From contig NIVC01003351.1 of NCBI GenBank assembly GCA_002269645.1, positions 1-64,000 on the forward strand: 64,000 nucleotides of DNA, written 5' to 3'. Every line of letters starts with the position of its first letter. The first letter of the stretch is position 1. Shown here piece after piece: positions 26,300 through 40,009 of this stretch. The position numbers and the translations under genes were made by a program. The notes beneath the pieces were generated by a model. That model saw only the letters and a list, made by a program, of their open reading frames with translations. It was not told the origin of the DNA and ran no database searches. Source of the stretch: Macrostomum lignano. Lineage: Eukaryota.

Positions 26300-26580
26300 C
26301 AAGTGGTGCTCCTGCCACAGATCTAAAAATATATAGTTGCACTTTCTCTGTGCTTTGCACTAAAATTGTCGCAATTGTCCCTGTGCCATGAGCTAAGCAT
26401 CAACAGTGACAAGTCAGTGAGTTGGATGAGAACTTAAAATTGAAGGCCACCTTGCTGAGCCCAGTAGTTAAGCTGTTGATGCCAGCCTTCTATGTCATTG
26501 TTGGTTCAAATGGTGCAGTCATAAACTGATATTTCATTAATGCTCTAGATGGTACCACTTAACCATGTGTCCTAATTGAT
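26300..26580 (-). pseudogene. Mutator-like (MULE) transposase fragment
   Basis: TWLSGTI*SINEISVYDCTI*TNNDIEGWHQQLN matches the MULE motif TW....w...wsvy....RTNN.vEGWH..lN, with in-frame stops (26479-26508 is the core). Confidence 0.7.
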
Positions 26581-27299
26581 TAAATTGTTTGCAGAATGTA
26601 TATCTCAAATGTGCACATTTATTTACACAATACACAATATATGCACTGACAAGTTATATCTATACCTTTCCATATCTGGATATATTGTTGATGCGAAATC
26701 CCTGTTTGACATTTCATAAGCTAATAATAATTCACAAGCTAATTAACTATACTACGTGATACAAAATGCAGAATAGGCCTCTTGAATAATGCTTTTACTT
26801 TAATTACTATGGGGTATAGTTATAAAAAATAGCATAATATTTTCCAGCAATAATGTTGGTAATATAATTGGAGGATGTACAAATTATTGTAGTGGATCAA
26901 TAATATTAATATTATATGATGGCTTACAATAAAAGGAAAAATATGATGGCATATACATTGTATTAAATTGCTTGGTTACTAAAAGCCATTTCATTCTAAT
27001 ACAAATTATTTTCCATATCGATAACATTATAGGTTCAGAATTTTCTTCTATATATATACTTTCCAAAATTAGCATGCACCTTATAACTGTTAGAGCCTTA
27101 AATACTGACAATGCAACTTTTATACATGTTGCCACAATACAATCTGTAGGCATGCTATTCATGTCAATTTTAAATAGTTTGCAATCTTTTCAACTACTAT
27201 AAAAACAAATATATCTATTAGGCTACCTTGCTTTACAGTTGTAGCAGAAACTATATTTATTTTTACTGGGTTTAGAACTATAATGGCCTTTTGCAACTG

Positions 27300-28460
27300 A
27301 AATTGTTAGGCAGCTGTAAAACAAACATTTTTAAAGCAACAAGAAAGTGAGATAATATTTTTAAAACAATAATGCATTGATTCAAAGTGCATAGTCTAAG
27401 AAACTTTTAGACCATTATACATTGGGATAGGCTCAGAATAGTAAAAAATATAATAAAGTTTACATTTTTTGCTAGCTTACCTTGCAAAATTTCAATTAAT
27501 AAATTATTGTGCTCACAAATTAAACTTGCAAGATGATCTACATTTTGTGGTTCTATTGAGTTTGCTAATAGAATTGCAAGAAGCTCACAGTGTAGTAGTA
27601 GAAGTCTCATAAAACTGTTACTTAATGGGTGATCTATGATAACTATATAAGGCCCAAAGTATAATGGCATTCTATGTGTAACTACTATCATATCAGCTGC
27701 ATAAAAAGGAAGCCTATTTCTGTTCATATCATCAGTTGCTTTTGCAGAACAAAATCTACAGACTTGACCAGAAACAAAGTTGGTACTAAGGCCAATAAGA
27801 GAATTAATAGACAAATTATCTCCAGTACAAAAACAGCAAATTATAGACGCATATTTTCTATTCCTATTAGAATCTTGATACTTAATGCCAAAATTATATA
27901 GATCATTTAATACTTCTAGAATTGGCTCATAAATGTCACTAAGACTGATGTCTACTAAATCTTTCTTCTGAATATTTAAACTTAACTAAGCTAACAAGGA
28001 AGAAACTTTTTTCTTGAGAAACAATTTCCAATGGTAGATTCAAGATATGAAGATATATAGCATATATTTTATGCTTACATCTGGCTTTCCCTATTGGGTT
28101 AGCCACCTCAAACTTATCAGTATAAATACTAATATAAATAGCATCTTGTAAAACACCATCAACTAGAGGAGCAATATATTTAAGAAAATAAGGACTACTA
28201 AAGAATGGTGACTTATCTATTAAATGCCCATTGAAAATAATTTGCTGAATATCATAGTTTTGTAATATTGCCTCAATGCTTTCTTTAATTCTCATAGAAA
28301 CATACATAATTCCATTCTTCAACTCATTAAATTTAATTTCAATAGGCTCTACAAATGGCAATGCCAGATTGACTAAAATGGGGATGCTTAAATGGCTCAC
28401 ATTAAATGGATTTGCAATTGAAAGGGGCAGAATTTCATGTAAATAGAAGTTTGGAACCAA
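27300..28460 (-). pseudogene. EnSpm/CACTA (CMC)-like transposase remnant
   Basis: IYTDKFEVANPIGKARCKHKIYAIYLHILNLP (cf. DdFEv.NPLGs...HKl.avY..l.NLP), then NSLIGLSTNF...CRFC, then HLASLICEHNNLL and MHFESMHYCFK (cf. MRFEaKH..FK), across frameshifts. Confidence 0.75.
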
Positions 28461-29614
28461 TAGTAAAGGAGCGATTGTTGACTCCTTCTTACTAAAGTTA
28501 TTTTAGAGAAAATATAATACAAATGTAGGTTAGAGACCAAAATATTATGCACAGATCTCCATAAGGAGTTAAACCAAAGGGGGCAAGCAAAATGCACTAG
28601 GAGTAGGGTGGAGCTAGCCGCCCTTACAAAAAAATTTCCCCAGCTTGGCTTGATCAGAACAAAGATTGGGGCCTTGGTTCACCTCAAATGCCCCCCCCCC
28701 CCCCGCTGAGGACAAGGCCTTGAACAATGGCAGCTTGACCTGAGTGCAGCAATATAAAGATTAATTTGCACTTTAATGGTTGTTGCAAAATTGAAGAAAA
28801 TATATACCTTTAACTCATTAGTTAAGAACTGAGAAGGTTTACAGGTTTCATTGCTTTTCTCCTGAAAGTATAAGGTGAAAAGAAGGGAGAGGAGAGACCT
28901 TCAGCACTTTGACTACATGCAGAGAAATTTTACAATGAACGGGTTTATGCAGAACAAAATGAGAGATGCAAATGAGCAAAGCGGTTTCACTGTAATTCAT
29001 GCAAATAAATACAGACGCAAAGGTACAGGCTTTTACTATAAAGCCTAAGGATAAATATGAGTGTAGAGGTGCAAGCTTTTACTGTAACGTATCGGATAAA
29101 TACACGAAACTGAGCATGAGGTCCAATCTACAAGAAATTAGAACACTGCTTTTATCCAGAAAGCATAAGGACACCGAGGGGACTTAAATCACTGCTTTTG
29201 TCTAGAAAGCATAAGGTAAAGTTAAAAGAGAAAACTGCTTTTCACCCTCAAGCATCAGGTCACATTAAAAGAAAACTGCTTTTACCCTCGAGCATAAGGC
29301 CACATTAAAAATGATTTTGATTTTATTGCCATTCGACTTATGGCCAATGATTCAGAAGAAATCGCAGACATGTTCTGGAACTACTAAGTCTCAAAGCTAG
29401 ATATTTGTAGACAACTTTAGTAAGTATAAAATACGTTTAGACTTAATTTTAATATCAAGTGTGCAGCTTCTGCTGCTGAAAATCTAAAAACAACAAAAAA
29501 TCCTTCATACAATTTCAGCTGCCAAGAATTGTTTATATAACCTCGTCATTTCGGCTAATCAGCTTGGCGCGTTCGTGTTTGCCAATCGCTACTGTGGCCA
29601 GTAGTGTCAGGCGA

Positions 29615-32600
29615 ATGTCAATTCAAGCTGAATTTCAATGCATACCGGAAGGTATGCAGCTAGTGGAGGAAGGCAAAGCTAAGATTGCTGTGCCTAAAGA
29701 TGTTTTCTATAATCCAGTGCAGGTGAGTTTGAGGGTTTGAGAAAGTACATGTGTAGCGAGCAAGAGTGAAGAGGGGTGGCGCCCCAGCCCCCAATCCAGG
29801 CCGATAAAAAGTTTGGGTGTCCTCTTGCCCGCTTGTGTCTGATTTTGACCTCTCTCCTTACTGCTCTCTCATTGGCTGAGCTAGCTTGCGTTGCCCCTAG
29901 ACTTAGTTTCGTCCTAAATTTGACCTCTCTCCTTACTGCTCTCTCATTGGCTGAGCTAGCTTGCGTTGCCCCTAGACTTAGTTTCGTCCTAAATTTGACC
30001 TCTCTCCTTACTGCTCTCTCATTGGCTGAGCTAGATTAGGCCTGTCCCTAGGCTGAGTTTCGTCCGTCTTGCGTTCACTTGTGTACATCGAGTTAAATAA
30101 ATGCTTGCTGTACATGCTTACCCCATATGCTCCTAAGGCCGCAAGCCCAGAGTAAGGAAAGAAAATTTTAGCCAACATTAAATCTAAGTGACACTGCGCA
30201 GACAAACTACTGAAAATGAGTAGACGCTATTTTGTCACAGCTTTAATTTCGGGAGACAAATATAGTTTTCTGGTATCTGTGCGCTTAGCTAATTTTAACC
30301 CTCTTTCTACCCCGATCTCGTTGGAAAACGTTAATGATGCGAATCGCTAAAGAGTTATAGCAAACAACTCACTAGTGACTCTAGCGACTCTTGTGACTAT
30401 TTAGCGACTCAAACGACTTTAATGCAACGTAGAAGCGACTGACTAAATGGAGTTGCTATAAATACGAAATGCGATTCCAATTCATAAAGTGACGCAGATG
30501 CACTTTAGACGCAACTCGGCGACTCGACATCGACTCTGGCACGCTTCAAATACGACTCTTACGGCCTAGAGTCGCTTAAACGACTCTTTGGCGACTTGCA
30601 CCGAGACATCTCGTCGTTCTAGAGTCGTCTAGAGTCACTCCTTTTCTTTCATATTTTACCTGCGTTACCTGTACCATTTTTATCGGGGATATCCGATATG
30701 TCTGGAAAACAATTTTTTCTAGCTATTTGCCAGGGTTTTTCCCCACTACTATACAAACTACAACTTAATGTATTGTTAATCTTCTGCCTTCCAACGGATC
30801 CCATTCCAAAAAAACACGCAGGTGTTCAACCGAGACCTGACCATGGCCGTACTGAACGTATTCGGCCAGCAGTACCTTGCCGAACTGGCCGGCAGACGGG
30901 AGAAGCGCGCTCAGCAGCAATCGGAGCCTCCGCCTAAGCAGCAACCTGACGGCCTTCGAATTCTTGAAGCCCTGGCAGCCACTGGGCTGCGCTCGATTCG
31001 CATAGCCAAGGAAGTGCCCAACGTTGCTAAGATTGTTGCTAATGACAACAGCGAAGAGGCTGTTCGTTTAATTAAATCAAACATAGTCAGGAACGGTGTT
31101 GATGAGCTTGTGGAAGCATCGCTAAACGACGCTGTACTGCTTGGTCATCAGTGCGCTCGACTACCGCCTGATGAGCGCTTTGATGTTGTGGATTTGGATC
31201 CTTACGGTTCCGCTGTGCCTTTTTTGGATAGCGCTGTACAGGTGATTGACACGTGTAATACATTGGAAAAATTATAGAGAATTTTTCTGAATGGGGCTTC
31301 AGCTAGTTTGGGATCTGGATGAGGCTTCAGATTGGTATATGGATGAGGCTTCAGATTGGTATATGGATGAGGCTTCAGATTGGTATATGGATGAGGCTTC
31401 AGATTGGGATCTGGATGACGCTTCAGTTTTATGATCTGGGTGAGGCTTCAGTTTGGGATCTGGATGAGGCTTCAGTTTGGGATCTGGGTGAGGCTTCAGT
31501 ATTGGATCTGGATGAGGCTTCAGTTTTATGATCTGTGTGAGGCTTCAGTCTGGGATCTGGGTGAGGCTTCAGTCTGGGATCTGGGTGAGGCTTCAGTTTG
31601 GGATCTGGGTGAGGCTTCAGTATTAGATCTGGATGAGGCTTCAGTTTGGGATCTGGATGACGCTTCAGTTTTATGATCTGGGTGAGGCTTCAGTTTGGGA
31701 TCTGGATGAGGCTTCAGTTTGGGATCTGGATGAGGCTTCAGTATTAGATCTGGATGAGGCTTCAGTATTAGATCTGGATGAGGCTTTAGTTTGGGATCTG
31801 GATGAGGCTTCAGTATTAGATCTGGATGAGGCTTTAGTTTGGGATCCGGATGAGGCTTCAGTATTAGATCTGGATGAGGCTTCAGTATTAGATCTGGATG
31901 AGGCTTTAGTTTGGGATCTGGGTGAGGCTTTTGTTTGGGATCTGGGTGAGGCTTTTGTTTGGGATCTGGGTGAGGCTTCAGTATTAGATCTGGATGAGGC
32001 TTTAGTTTGGGATCTGGGTGAGGCTTTTGTTTGGGATCTGGGTGAGGCTTTTGTTTGGGATCTGGATGAGGCTTCAGATTGGTATATGGATGAGGCTTCA
32101 GATTGGTATATGGATGAGGCTTCAGATTGGTATATGGATGAGGCTTCAGATTGGGATCTGGATGACGCTTCAGTTTTATGATCTGGGTGAGGCTTCAGTT
32201 TGGGATCTGGATGAGGCTTCAGTTTGGGATCTGGGTGAGGCTTCAGTATTGGATCTGGATGAGGCTTCAGTTTTATGATCTGGGTGAGGCTTCAGTCTGG
32301 GATCTGGGTGAGGCTTCAGTCTGGGATCTGGGTGAGGCTTCAGTTTGGGATCTGGGTGAGGCTTCAGTATTAGATCTGGATGAGGCTTCAGTTTGGGATC
32401 TGGATGACGCTTCAGTTTTATGATCTGGGTGAGGCTTCAGTTTGGGATCTGGATGAGGCTTCAGTTTGGGATCTGGATGAGGCTTCAGTATTAGATCTGG
32501 ATGAGGCTTCAGTATTAGATCTGGATGAGGCTTTAGTTTGGGATCTGGATGAGGCTTCAGTATTAGATCTGGATGAGGCTTTAGTTTGGGATCCGGATGA

Positions 32601-35600
32601 GGCTTCAGTATTAGATCTGGATGAGGCTTCAGTATTAGATCTGGATGAGGCTTTAGTTTGGGATCTGGGTGAGGCTTTTGTTTGGGATCTGGGTGAGGCT
32701 TTTGTTTGGGATCTGGGTGAGGCTTCAGTATTAGATCTGGATGAGGCTTTAGTTTGGGATCTGGGTGAGGCTTTTGTTTGGGATCTGGGTGAGGCTTTTG
32801 TTTGGGATCTGGATGAGGCTTCAGATTGGTATATGGATGAGGCTTCAGATTGGTATATGGATGAGGCTTCAGATTGGTATATGGATGAGGCTTCAGATTG
32901 GGATCTGGATGACGCTTCAGTTTTATGATCTGGGTGAGGCTTCAGTTTGGGATCTGGATGAGGCTTCAGTTTGGGATCTGGGTGAGGCTTCAGTATTGGA
33001 TCTGGATGAGGCTTCAGTTTTATGATCTGGGTGAGGCTTCAGTCTGGGATCTGGGTGAGGCTTCAGTTTGGGATCTGGGTGAGGCTTCAGTATTAGATCT
33101 GGATGAGGCTTCAGTTTGGGATCTGGATGACGCTTCAGTTTTATGATCTGGGTGAGGCTTCAGTTTGGGATCTGGATGAGGCTTCAGTTTGGGATCTGGA
33201 TGAGGCTTCAGTATTAGATCTGGATGAGGCTTCAGTATTAGATCTGGATGAGGCTTTAGTTTGGGATCTGGATGAGGCTTCAGTATTAGATCTGGATGAG
33301 GCTTTAGTTTGGGATCCGGATGAGGCTTCAGTATTAGATCTGGATGAGGCTTCAGTATTAGATCTGGATGAGGCTTTAGTTTGGGATCTGGGTGAGGCTT
33401 TTGTTTGGGATCTGGGTGAGGCTTTTGTTTGGGATCTGGGTGAGGCTTCAGTATTAGATCTGGATGAGGCTTTAGTTTGGGATCTGGGTGAGGCTTTTGT
33501 TTGGGATCTGGGTGAGGCTTTTGTTTGGGATCTGGGTGAGGCTAAAGTTTTTTGGAACTTACCTTCGAAAATTATTCTGAGAAACCGTTAGAGTGCTTAA
33601 ATTCTAGGTATACTACTTACTTCTTTTATTACAACTTTCTACTGTAAATTTATCCCAGGCAGTCCGGCCAGGTGGGCTTCTGTGCGTAACCTGCACCGAC
33701 ACGGCCGTGCTGTGCGGCTCCGCCTTCGGCACCTGCTACGGTCGGTACGGCGCCGTGCCCTACCGCGGCGCTGGCATGCACGAGGCCTCGCTGCGCGTGC
33801 TGCTCCAGTGCGTGCAGTCTCACGCCAGCCGGCACTCGCGCTACATCGAGCCGCTGCTCAGCCTTTCAGTTGATTTCTACGTTCGAATCTACCTAAGAGT
33901 GCACCGCGGCCAGGGCGAGGTGAAGAAGATCGGCCGCCGCCTGGCTATGCTGCACTATTGTCCGGAGTGCGACTCGCATTGGCTGCAGCCCATGTCCGAC
34001 TGCGGCCGAGACAAAGCCGGACAGGTGCTCATGCGGCCGGCCAGATTGTTAGGCGTTGGATCGGCGAACGGCCGGTGCGGACAGTGCGGCATCGGCCGGC
34101 TGCAGCTGGCCGGGCCAATGTGGTCGGACTCTATTCATTCCGTTGATTTTGTTCGACGTCTAGTCGATTTTGTACGTCGACAACGGGCGTCGACAGTTGG
34201 CGAAATTGCGTCGGAGACGGAGCAGCCGGGCTGCTTTGAGTTGGCCAGCTCAGACAGGCTCATTGGTTTGCTGTCCGTGGCTGCTGAGGAGCTGCCGGAT
34301 GCGCCGCTGTTTTATACACTAGACGGGCTGGCCAGGTTTGTGTTGAATCCCATTGCATATTTCAACTCCAAAGTAATGTTATATATAATTGGCAGTCTCT
34401 CCACTTGAAAACGTTGCCGCGATAAGAATAGCTTAAGAGTCATTGCAAACAGCTCACTAGTGACTCTAGCAACTCTTGTCACTTATTAGCAACTCAAACG
34501 GATGCAGTACGACTCAGAGGCGACTGTTGAGTCAGGAGCCGTTGAAAACGATACCGTGACAAGAATCGCAGAAAAGTCGTTGCAAAAAACTCTAGCGACT
34601 CTGGAGGCGACTCTTCCTCTTGTAACTTTTTAACGACTCAAAACGACTGTAATATGACGGACAGGCGACTGTTGCGTCACAAGCCGGTCACGCGAGCTGT
34701 AGAATCGAAAGAGTCACAAGAGTCGTCCAAGAATCATGTGTTGGCGCTGTACTTTCTACTAACTCAGTAGACTAGTTAGAGCACTTCAAACCCAATTAAG
34801 AGACTCTAACAGTGACTCCAGCATATCTCAAATACGACTATACGGACCCAGAGTCGTTATTCCATCGCCCCAGAGTCGTAGACAATAAAGCGCTTCAAAG
34901 TGATTCTTAAGTGACTCTTTGAAGACTTTTTGGCGACTTGTAACGTGACCTCTCGTCGTTTAGAGTGATCGTCTGGAGCCACTGGAGTTTGAAATGCGAT
35001 TCTAATTCATAAGTGACGCAGATGCAGATGTCTCAGATACAACTTTACGGCCGAGAGTCATTATAGAAGCGCCCCAGAGCCGTTTCAGAGTTGCAGACAT
35101 TAAAACCCCTCAAATTGACTCTTAGTCAACTCTTTGACGACTATTTGGCGACTTGTACCGTGACATGACCAAGCAAATGACCGAGAAAATGACCAAGCAA
35201 TATGACCAAGTAAAATGACCAAGCAAATGACCGAGAAAATGACTGAGCAATATGACCAAGAAAAAGACTAAGCAATATGACCAAATAAAAAGACTAAGCA
35301 ATATGACCAAGCAAATGACCGAGAAAATGACTGAGCAATATGACCAAGTAAAATGCCCAAGCAAATGACCGAGAAAATGACTGAGCAATATGACCAAATA
35401 AAAAGACTAAGCAATATGACCAAGTAAAATGACTAAGCAATACGACCAGTTAAAATGACTAAGCAATATGACCAAGTAAAATGACCAAGCAATATGACCA
35501 AGTAAAATGACTAAGCAATATGACCAAGTAAAATAACCAAGCAAATGACTAAGAAATCTACAATTTATACTATTCCCCACAAATATAATTTTTTTAGGCT

Positions 35601-37875
35601 CCCAGTCATTAGTAATGTCATCAATATGTCCCCAAGACAAACCGCAAGACCCAGAATCCCATGCTAAGTATCCCAACTGCCCCTTACCCTTACCACAGGG
35701 CGGTGAAGCGCAGCACAATGCCAATGAAGGTCGCTCGCTCCGCTCTGCTCAACGCTGGCTACCGGGTCTCCATATCCCACTGCGAGGGCAACGCCATCAA
35801 GACGGACGCCCCGGCCAGCTTCCTCTGGGACATGGTGCGCGCCCACTACCGGCAGTCTGGCGAGCAGATGTCCGAGCGACACCTGGGCGAGGGCTCCCTG
35901 CCGAAGGCTCTGCTTGTGGACCATCCCGCTGCCGCTGGCGACGGCGCTGCCAGCATCGACTTTTCCCTGCATCTGCACGCTGAGCCACCGTCCAAGGCTG
36001 ACGGACTGTTGAGGTGATTATAACTGTCTGCATTTCTGACTTGGACTGGGCCACCACTGCCATCAGATTCTCAGTTGCTGAGCCACCGCCCTCCCAGATC
36101 CTCAGTTGCTGAGCCACTGCCCTCCCAGATCCTCAGTTGCCGAGCCACTGCCCTCCCAGATCCTCAGTTGCTGGGCCACCGCCCTCCCAGATCCTCAGTT
36201 TCTGGGCCACCGCCCTCCCAGATCCTCAGTGGCTGAGCCACTGCCCTCCCAGATCCTCAGTTGCCGAGCCACTGCCCTCCCAGATCCTCAGTTGCTGGGC
36301 CACCGCCCTCCCAGATCCTCAGTTGCTGAGCCACTGCCATCAGATCCTCAGTTGCCGAGCCACTGCCCTCCCAGATCCTCAGTTGCCGAGCCACTGCCCT
36401 CCCAGATCCTCAGTTGCCGAGCCACTGCCCTCCCAGATCCTCAGTTGCCGAGCCACTGCCCTCCCAGATCCTCAGTTGCCGAGCCACTGCCCTCCCAGAT
36501 CCTCAGTTGCCGAGCCACTGCCCTCCCAGATCCTCAGTTGCCGAGCCACTGCCCTCCCAGATCCTCAGTTGCCGAGCCACTGCCCTCCCAGATCTTCAGT
36601 TGCCGAGCCACTGCCCTCCCAGATCCTCAGTTGCCGAGCCACTGCCCTCCCAGATCCTCAGTTGCCGAGCCACTGCCCTCCCAGATCCTCAGTTGCCGAG
36701 CCACTGCCCTCCCAGATCCTCAGTTTCTGGGCCACCGCCCTCCCAGATCCTTAGCTGCTGGGCCACCGCCCTCCCAGATCCTCAGCTGCTGAGCCACCGC
36801 CCTCCCAGATCCTCAGCTGCTGAGCCACCGCCCTCCCAGATCCTCAGTTGCTGGGCCACCGCCCTCCCATATCCTCAGTTGCTGAGCCACCGCCCTCTCA
36901 GATCCTCAGCTGCTGGGCCACCGCCCCTCCCAGATCCTCAGCTGCTGGGCCACCGCCCCTCCCAGATCCTCAGCTGCTGGGCCACCGCCCCTCCCAGATC
37001 CTCAGTTGCTGGGCCACCGCCCTCCCAGATCCTCAGTTGCCGAGCCACTGCCCTCCCAGATCCTCAGTTGCCGAGCCACTGCCCTCCCAGATCTTCAGTT
37101 GCCGAGCCACTGCCCTCCCAGATCCTCAGTTGCCGAGCCACTGCCCTCCCAGATCCTCAGTTGCCGAGCCACTGCCCTCCCAGATCCTCAGTTGCCGAGC
37201 CACTGCCCTCCCAGATCCTCAGTTGCCGAGCCACTGCCCTCCCAGATCCTTAGCTGCTGGGCCACCGCCCTCCCAGATCCTCAGCTGCTGAGCCACCGCC
37301 CTCCCAGATCCTCAGCTGCTGAGCCACCGCCCTCCCAGATCCTCAGTTGCTGGGCCACCGCCCTCCCATATCCTCAGTTGCTGAGCCACCGCCCTCTCAG
37401 ATCCTCAGCTGCTGGGCCACCGCCCCTCCCAGATCCTCAGCTGCTGGGCCACCGCCCCTCCCAGATCCTCAGTTGCTGGGCCACCGCCCTCCCATATCCT
37501 CAGTTGCTGAGCTACCGTCCATCCTGATCCTCAGTTGCTGGGCCACCCTGCTAGATCCTCAGTTGCTGGGCCAGCCTCCCAGATCCTCAGTTACTGGGCC
37601 GCCGCCGCCGCTCTCCCAGAACCTCAGAAACATAATCCAAGACCTATATATAATATCGCAGGTTCCACAAGCCGCCGCCCAACTGGGGTCCGAAGCCGCG
37701 TGCCAAGCGGAAAGCCAATGGCGATGGCGCAGCTTCTACAGCGGAGGCCAATGCTGCCACCGCTGCTGCACCGGATGACCTCACTGAAGATCAGAATGAC
37801 GATGAATTGTCGGGAGCATTTTGCGGCGAAGAGGAATCAGCGAAAAAGTACAAGGAGTCATCGTCACCTAGTTAA
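29615..37875 (+). CDS. TRMT1: tRNA (guanine26-N2)-dimethyltransferase; exons 29615-29722, 30822-31241, 33659-34335, 35699-36013, 37662-37875 (577 aa)
   Basis: VFYNPVQ/VFNRDL, LEALAATGLRSIR, FDVVDLDPYGS, GGLLCVTCTD, CPEC/CGQC, NWGPKPRA. Canonical splice sites; 1734 nt in frame; AATAAA overlaps the stop. Confidence 0.95.
30310..30640 (+). repeat. Degenerate GACTC-rich dispersed element; related longer copy at 34400-35160
   Basis: Shared blocks CAAACA.CTCACTAGTGACTCTAGC.ACTCTTGT, AAATGCGATTC.AATTCATAA.GTGACGCAGATGCA and TTTGGCGACTTG.A.CG.GAC in TRMT1 introns 1 and 3. Confidence 0.7.
31310..33545. repeat. ~24-bp minisatellite in a 747-bp higher-order repeat (x3), TRMT1 intron 2
   Basis: Identical spurious ORFs recur at 31431, 32178 and 32925 (747-bp offset). 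Confidence 0.95.
35165..35550. repeat. ATGACCAAG-based short tandem repeat, TRMT1 intron 3
   Basis: Direct. Confidence 0.9.
36062..37600. repeat. 31-bp minisatellite (CCCTCCCAGATCCTCAGTTGCCGAGCCACTG), TRMT1 intron 4
   Basis: Direct; internal 499-bp duplication (36848 vs 37347). Confidence 0.95.
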
Positions 37876-38029
37876 TAAATGTGCCACTGCAGCCTGTGAC
37901 CAGTTCAACTTAAATCCAGAGAGCGAATTGATCAGGCCATCTGGAGAATCGCTTTAAAGAGTTGCCCTTTGGAACAAAATTTATCCTTATCAAGTCACCC
38001 ACCCCTCCCAGGCCCTAGAGAATCGTCTT

Positions 38030-39270
38030 TGAGAATCGCCCTAGAGAATGGCCTCAGAGAATAGCCCCTCATCCAACCAGGCCTTACAGAATCGCCCCTC
38101 ATCCAGCCAGGCCTTAGAGAATCGCCCCTCATCCAACTAGGTCTCAGAGAATCGCCCCTCATCCAACCAGGCCTTAGAGAATCGCCCCTCATCCGGCCAG
38201 GCCTTAGAGAATCGCCCCTCATCCAACCAGGTCTCAGAGAATCGCCCCTCATCCAACCAGGCCTCAGAGAATAGCCCCTCATCCAGCCAGGCCTTAGAGA
38301 ATAGCCCCTCATCCAGCCAGGCCTTAGAGAATCGCCCCTCATCCAACCAGGCCTTAGAGAATCGCCCCTCATCCAACCAGGCCTCAGAGAATAGCCCCTC
38401 ATCCAGCCAGGCCTTAGAGAATCGCCCCTCATCCAGCCAGGCCTTAGAGAATCGCCCCTCATCCAGCCAGGCCTCAGAGAATCGCCCCTCATCTAACCAG
38501 GCCTCAGAGAATCGCCCCTCATCCAACCAGGTCTCAGAGAATCGCCCCTCATCCAACCAGGTCTCAGAGAATCGCCCCTCATCCAACCAGGCCTCAGAGA
38601 ATCACCCTAGAGAATGGCATTAGAGAATCGCCCTAGAGAATGGCCTCAGAGAATAGCCCCTCATCCAGCCAGGCCTTAGAGAATCGCCCCTCATCCAGCC
38701 AGGCCTTAGAGAATCGCCCCTCATCCAACCAGGCCTCAGAGAATAGCCCCTCATCCAACCAGGTCTCAGAGAATCGCCCCTCATCCAACCAGGCCTCAGA
38801 GAATCGCCCTAGAGAATGGCATTAGAGAATCGCCCTAGAGAATGGCATTAGAGAATCGCCCTAGAGAATGGCCTCAGAGAATCGCCCCTCATCCAGCCAG
38901 GCCTCAGAGAATCGCCCTCATCCAGCCAGGCCTCAGAGAATCGCCCTCATCCAACCAGGCCTCAGAGAATCGCCCTAGAGAATGGCATTAGAGAATCGGC
39001 CTAGAGAATGGCCTCAGAGAATAGCCCCTCATTCAGCCAGGCCTTAGAGAATCGCTCCTCATCCAGCCAGGCCTCAGAGAATCGCCCCTCATCCAACCAG
39101 GCCTCAGAAAATCGCCCCTCATCCAGCCAGGCCTCAGAGAATAGCCCCTCATTCAGCCAGGCCTCAGAGAATCGCCCCTCATCCAACCAGGCCTCAGAAA
39201 ATCGCCCCTCATCCAACCAGGCCTCAGAGAATCGCCCCTCATCCAGCCAGGCCTCAGAAAATCGCTTTAA
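38030..39270. repeat. 30-bp minisatellite (GAGAATCGCCCCTCATCCAGCCAGGCCTYA)
   Basis: Direct; 10-aa periodicity in the spurious ORFs. Confidence 0.95.
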
Positions 39271-40009
39271 TGAATCGCCCCTTTCCCTTTGTTGCGGCTG
39301 TGTGTTATATTTAAGCTGCGACAGGTACTTCTAATGTACTTTCAAACAATTAAGAAGCAAATATATCAAAGCATTTTTGTCTGCATTTTTCAAATGGATA
39401 AAGCACTAAGCATTTGTTTTTGTTAATTTACAATTGCTTAGTTTTATTAGTGTTTAGCAGTGCCATTGCAGTGACATTTTATCGTGCATAAAGGTGGTGT
39501 TATCTGCTGGCTGTGTGCGACGGTGATTGACCAATAATAGCGAACTTTGATCTGTGCTTCTTTGAACCAGAACCAGTTCTGTGCTTCTTTCCACAATTCA
39601 ACTTCGTGTCTTTTTGAAACAAAAATTCTTTCTTTCTTTAAATGTTGCAATTTCGAAACCACAGGAAGTCCTTTATAGTTGTTTTTTATTATTATTTTGA
39701 TGACGTCATGTCTCTTATCTTGTTCGGTGTCGGCCTATACATTTCAAATTCAGTATATAAATTCGCGCTCTCAATCTTTACTAACAGCTGCACTGTGCAC
39801 AGTATTTTCCTTCTAGAAGCTTCTCAGTAGTTGGTCTAATTTCACTGCATTGGCTTTCCTACTGTTTTGTACCTGTAAGTTTTTTATTCTTTAGTTATAG
39901 GTGCTTGTTTTCAACGTGTGCGCCATCTTTTCTGTTATTCTATTTGCTCTCTTGCTTATGTCCTCTTTCTCGCTGTAGCTCTCCCCTCACAGTCCTCTAC
40001 TAGTTGTAA

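Noticed and set aside
31319-33591. Acidic repeat ORFs (DLDEASVW) as extra TRMT1 exons
   Set aside because: They lie inside a GT-AG intron, and TRMT1 reads through cleanly without them.
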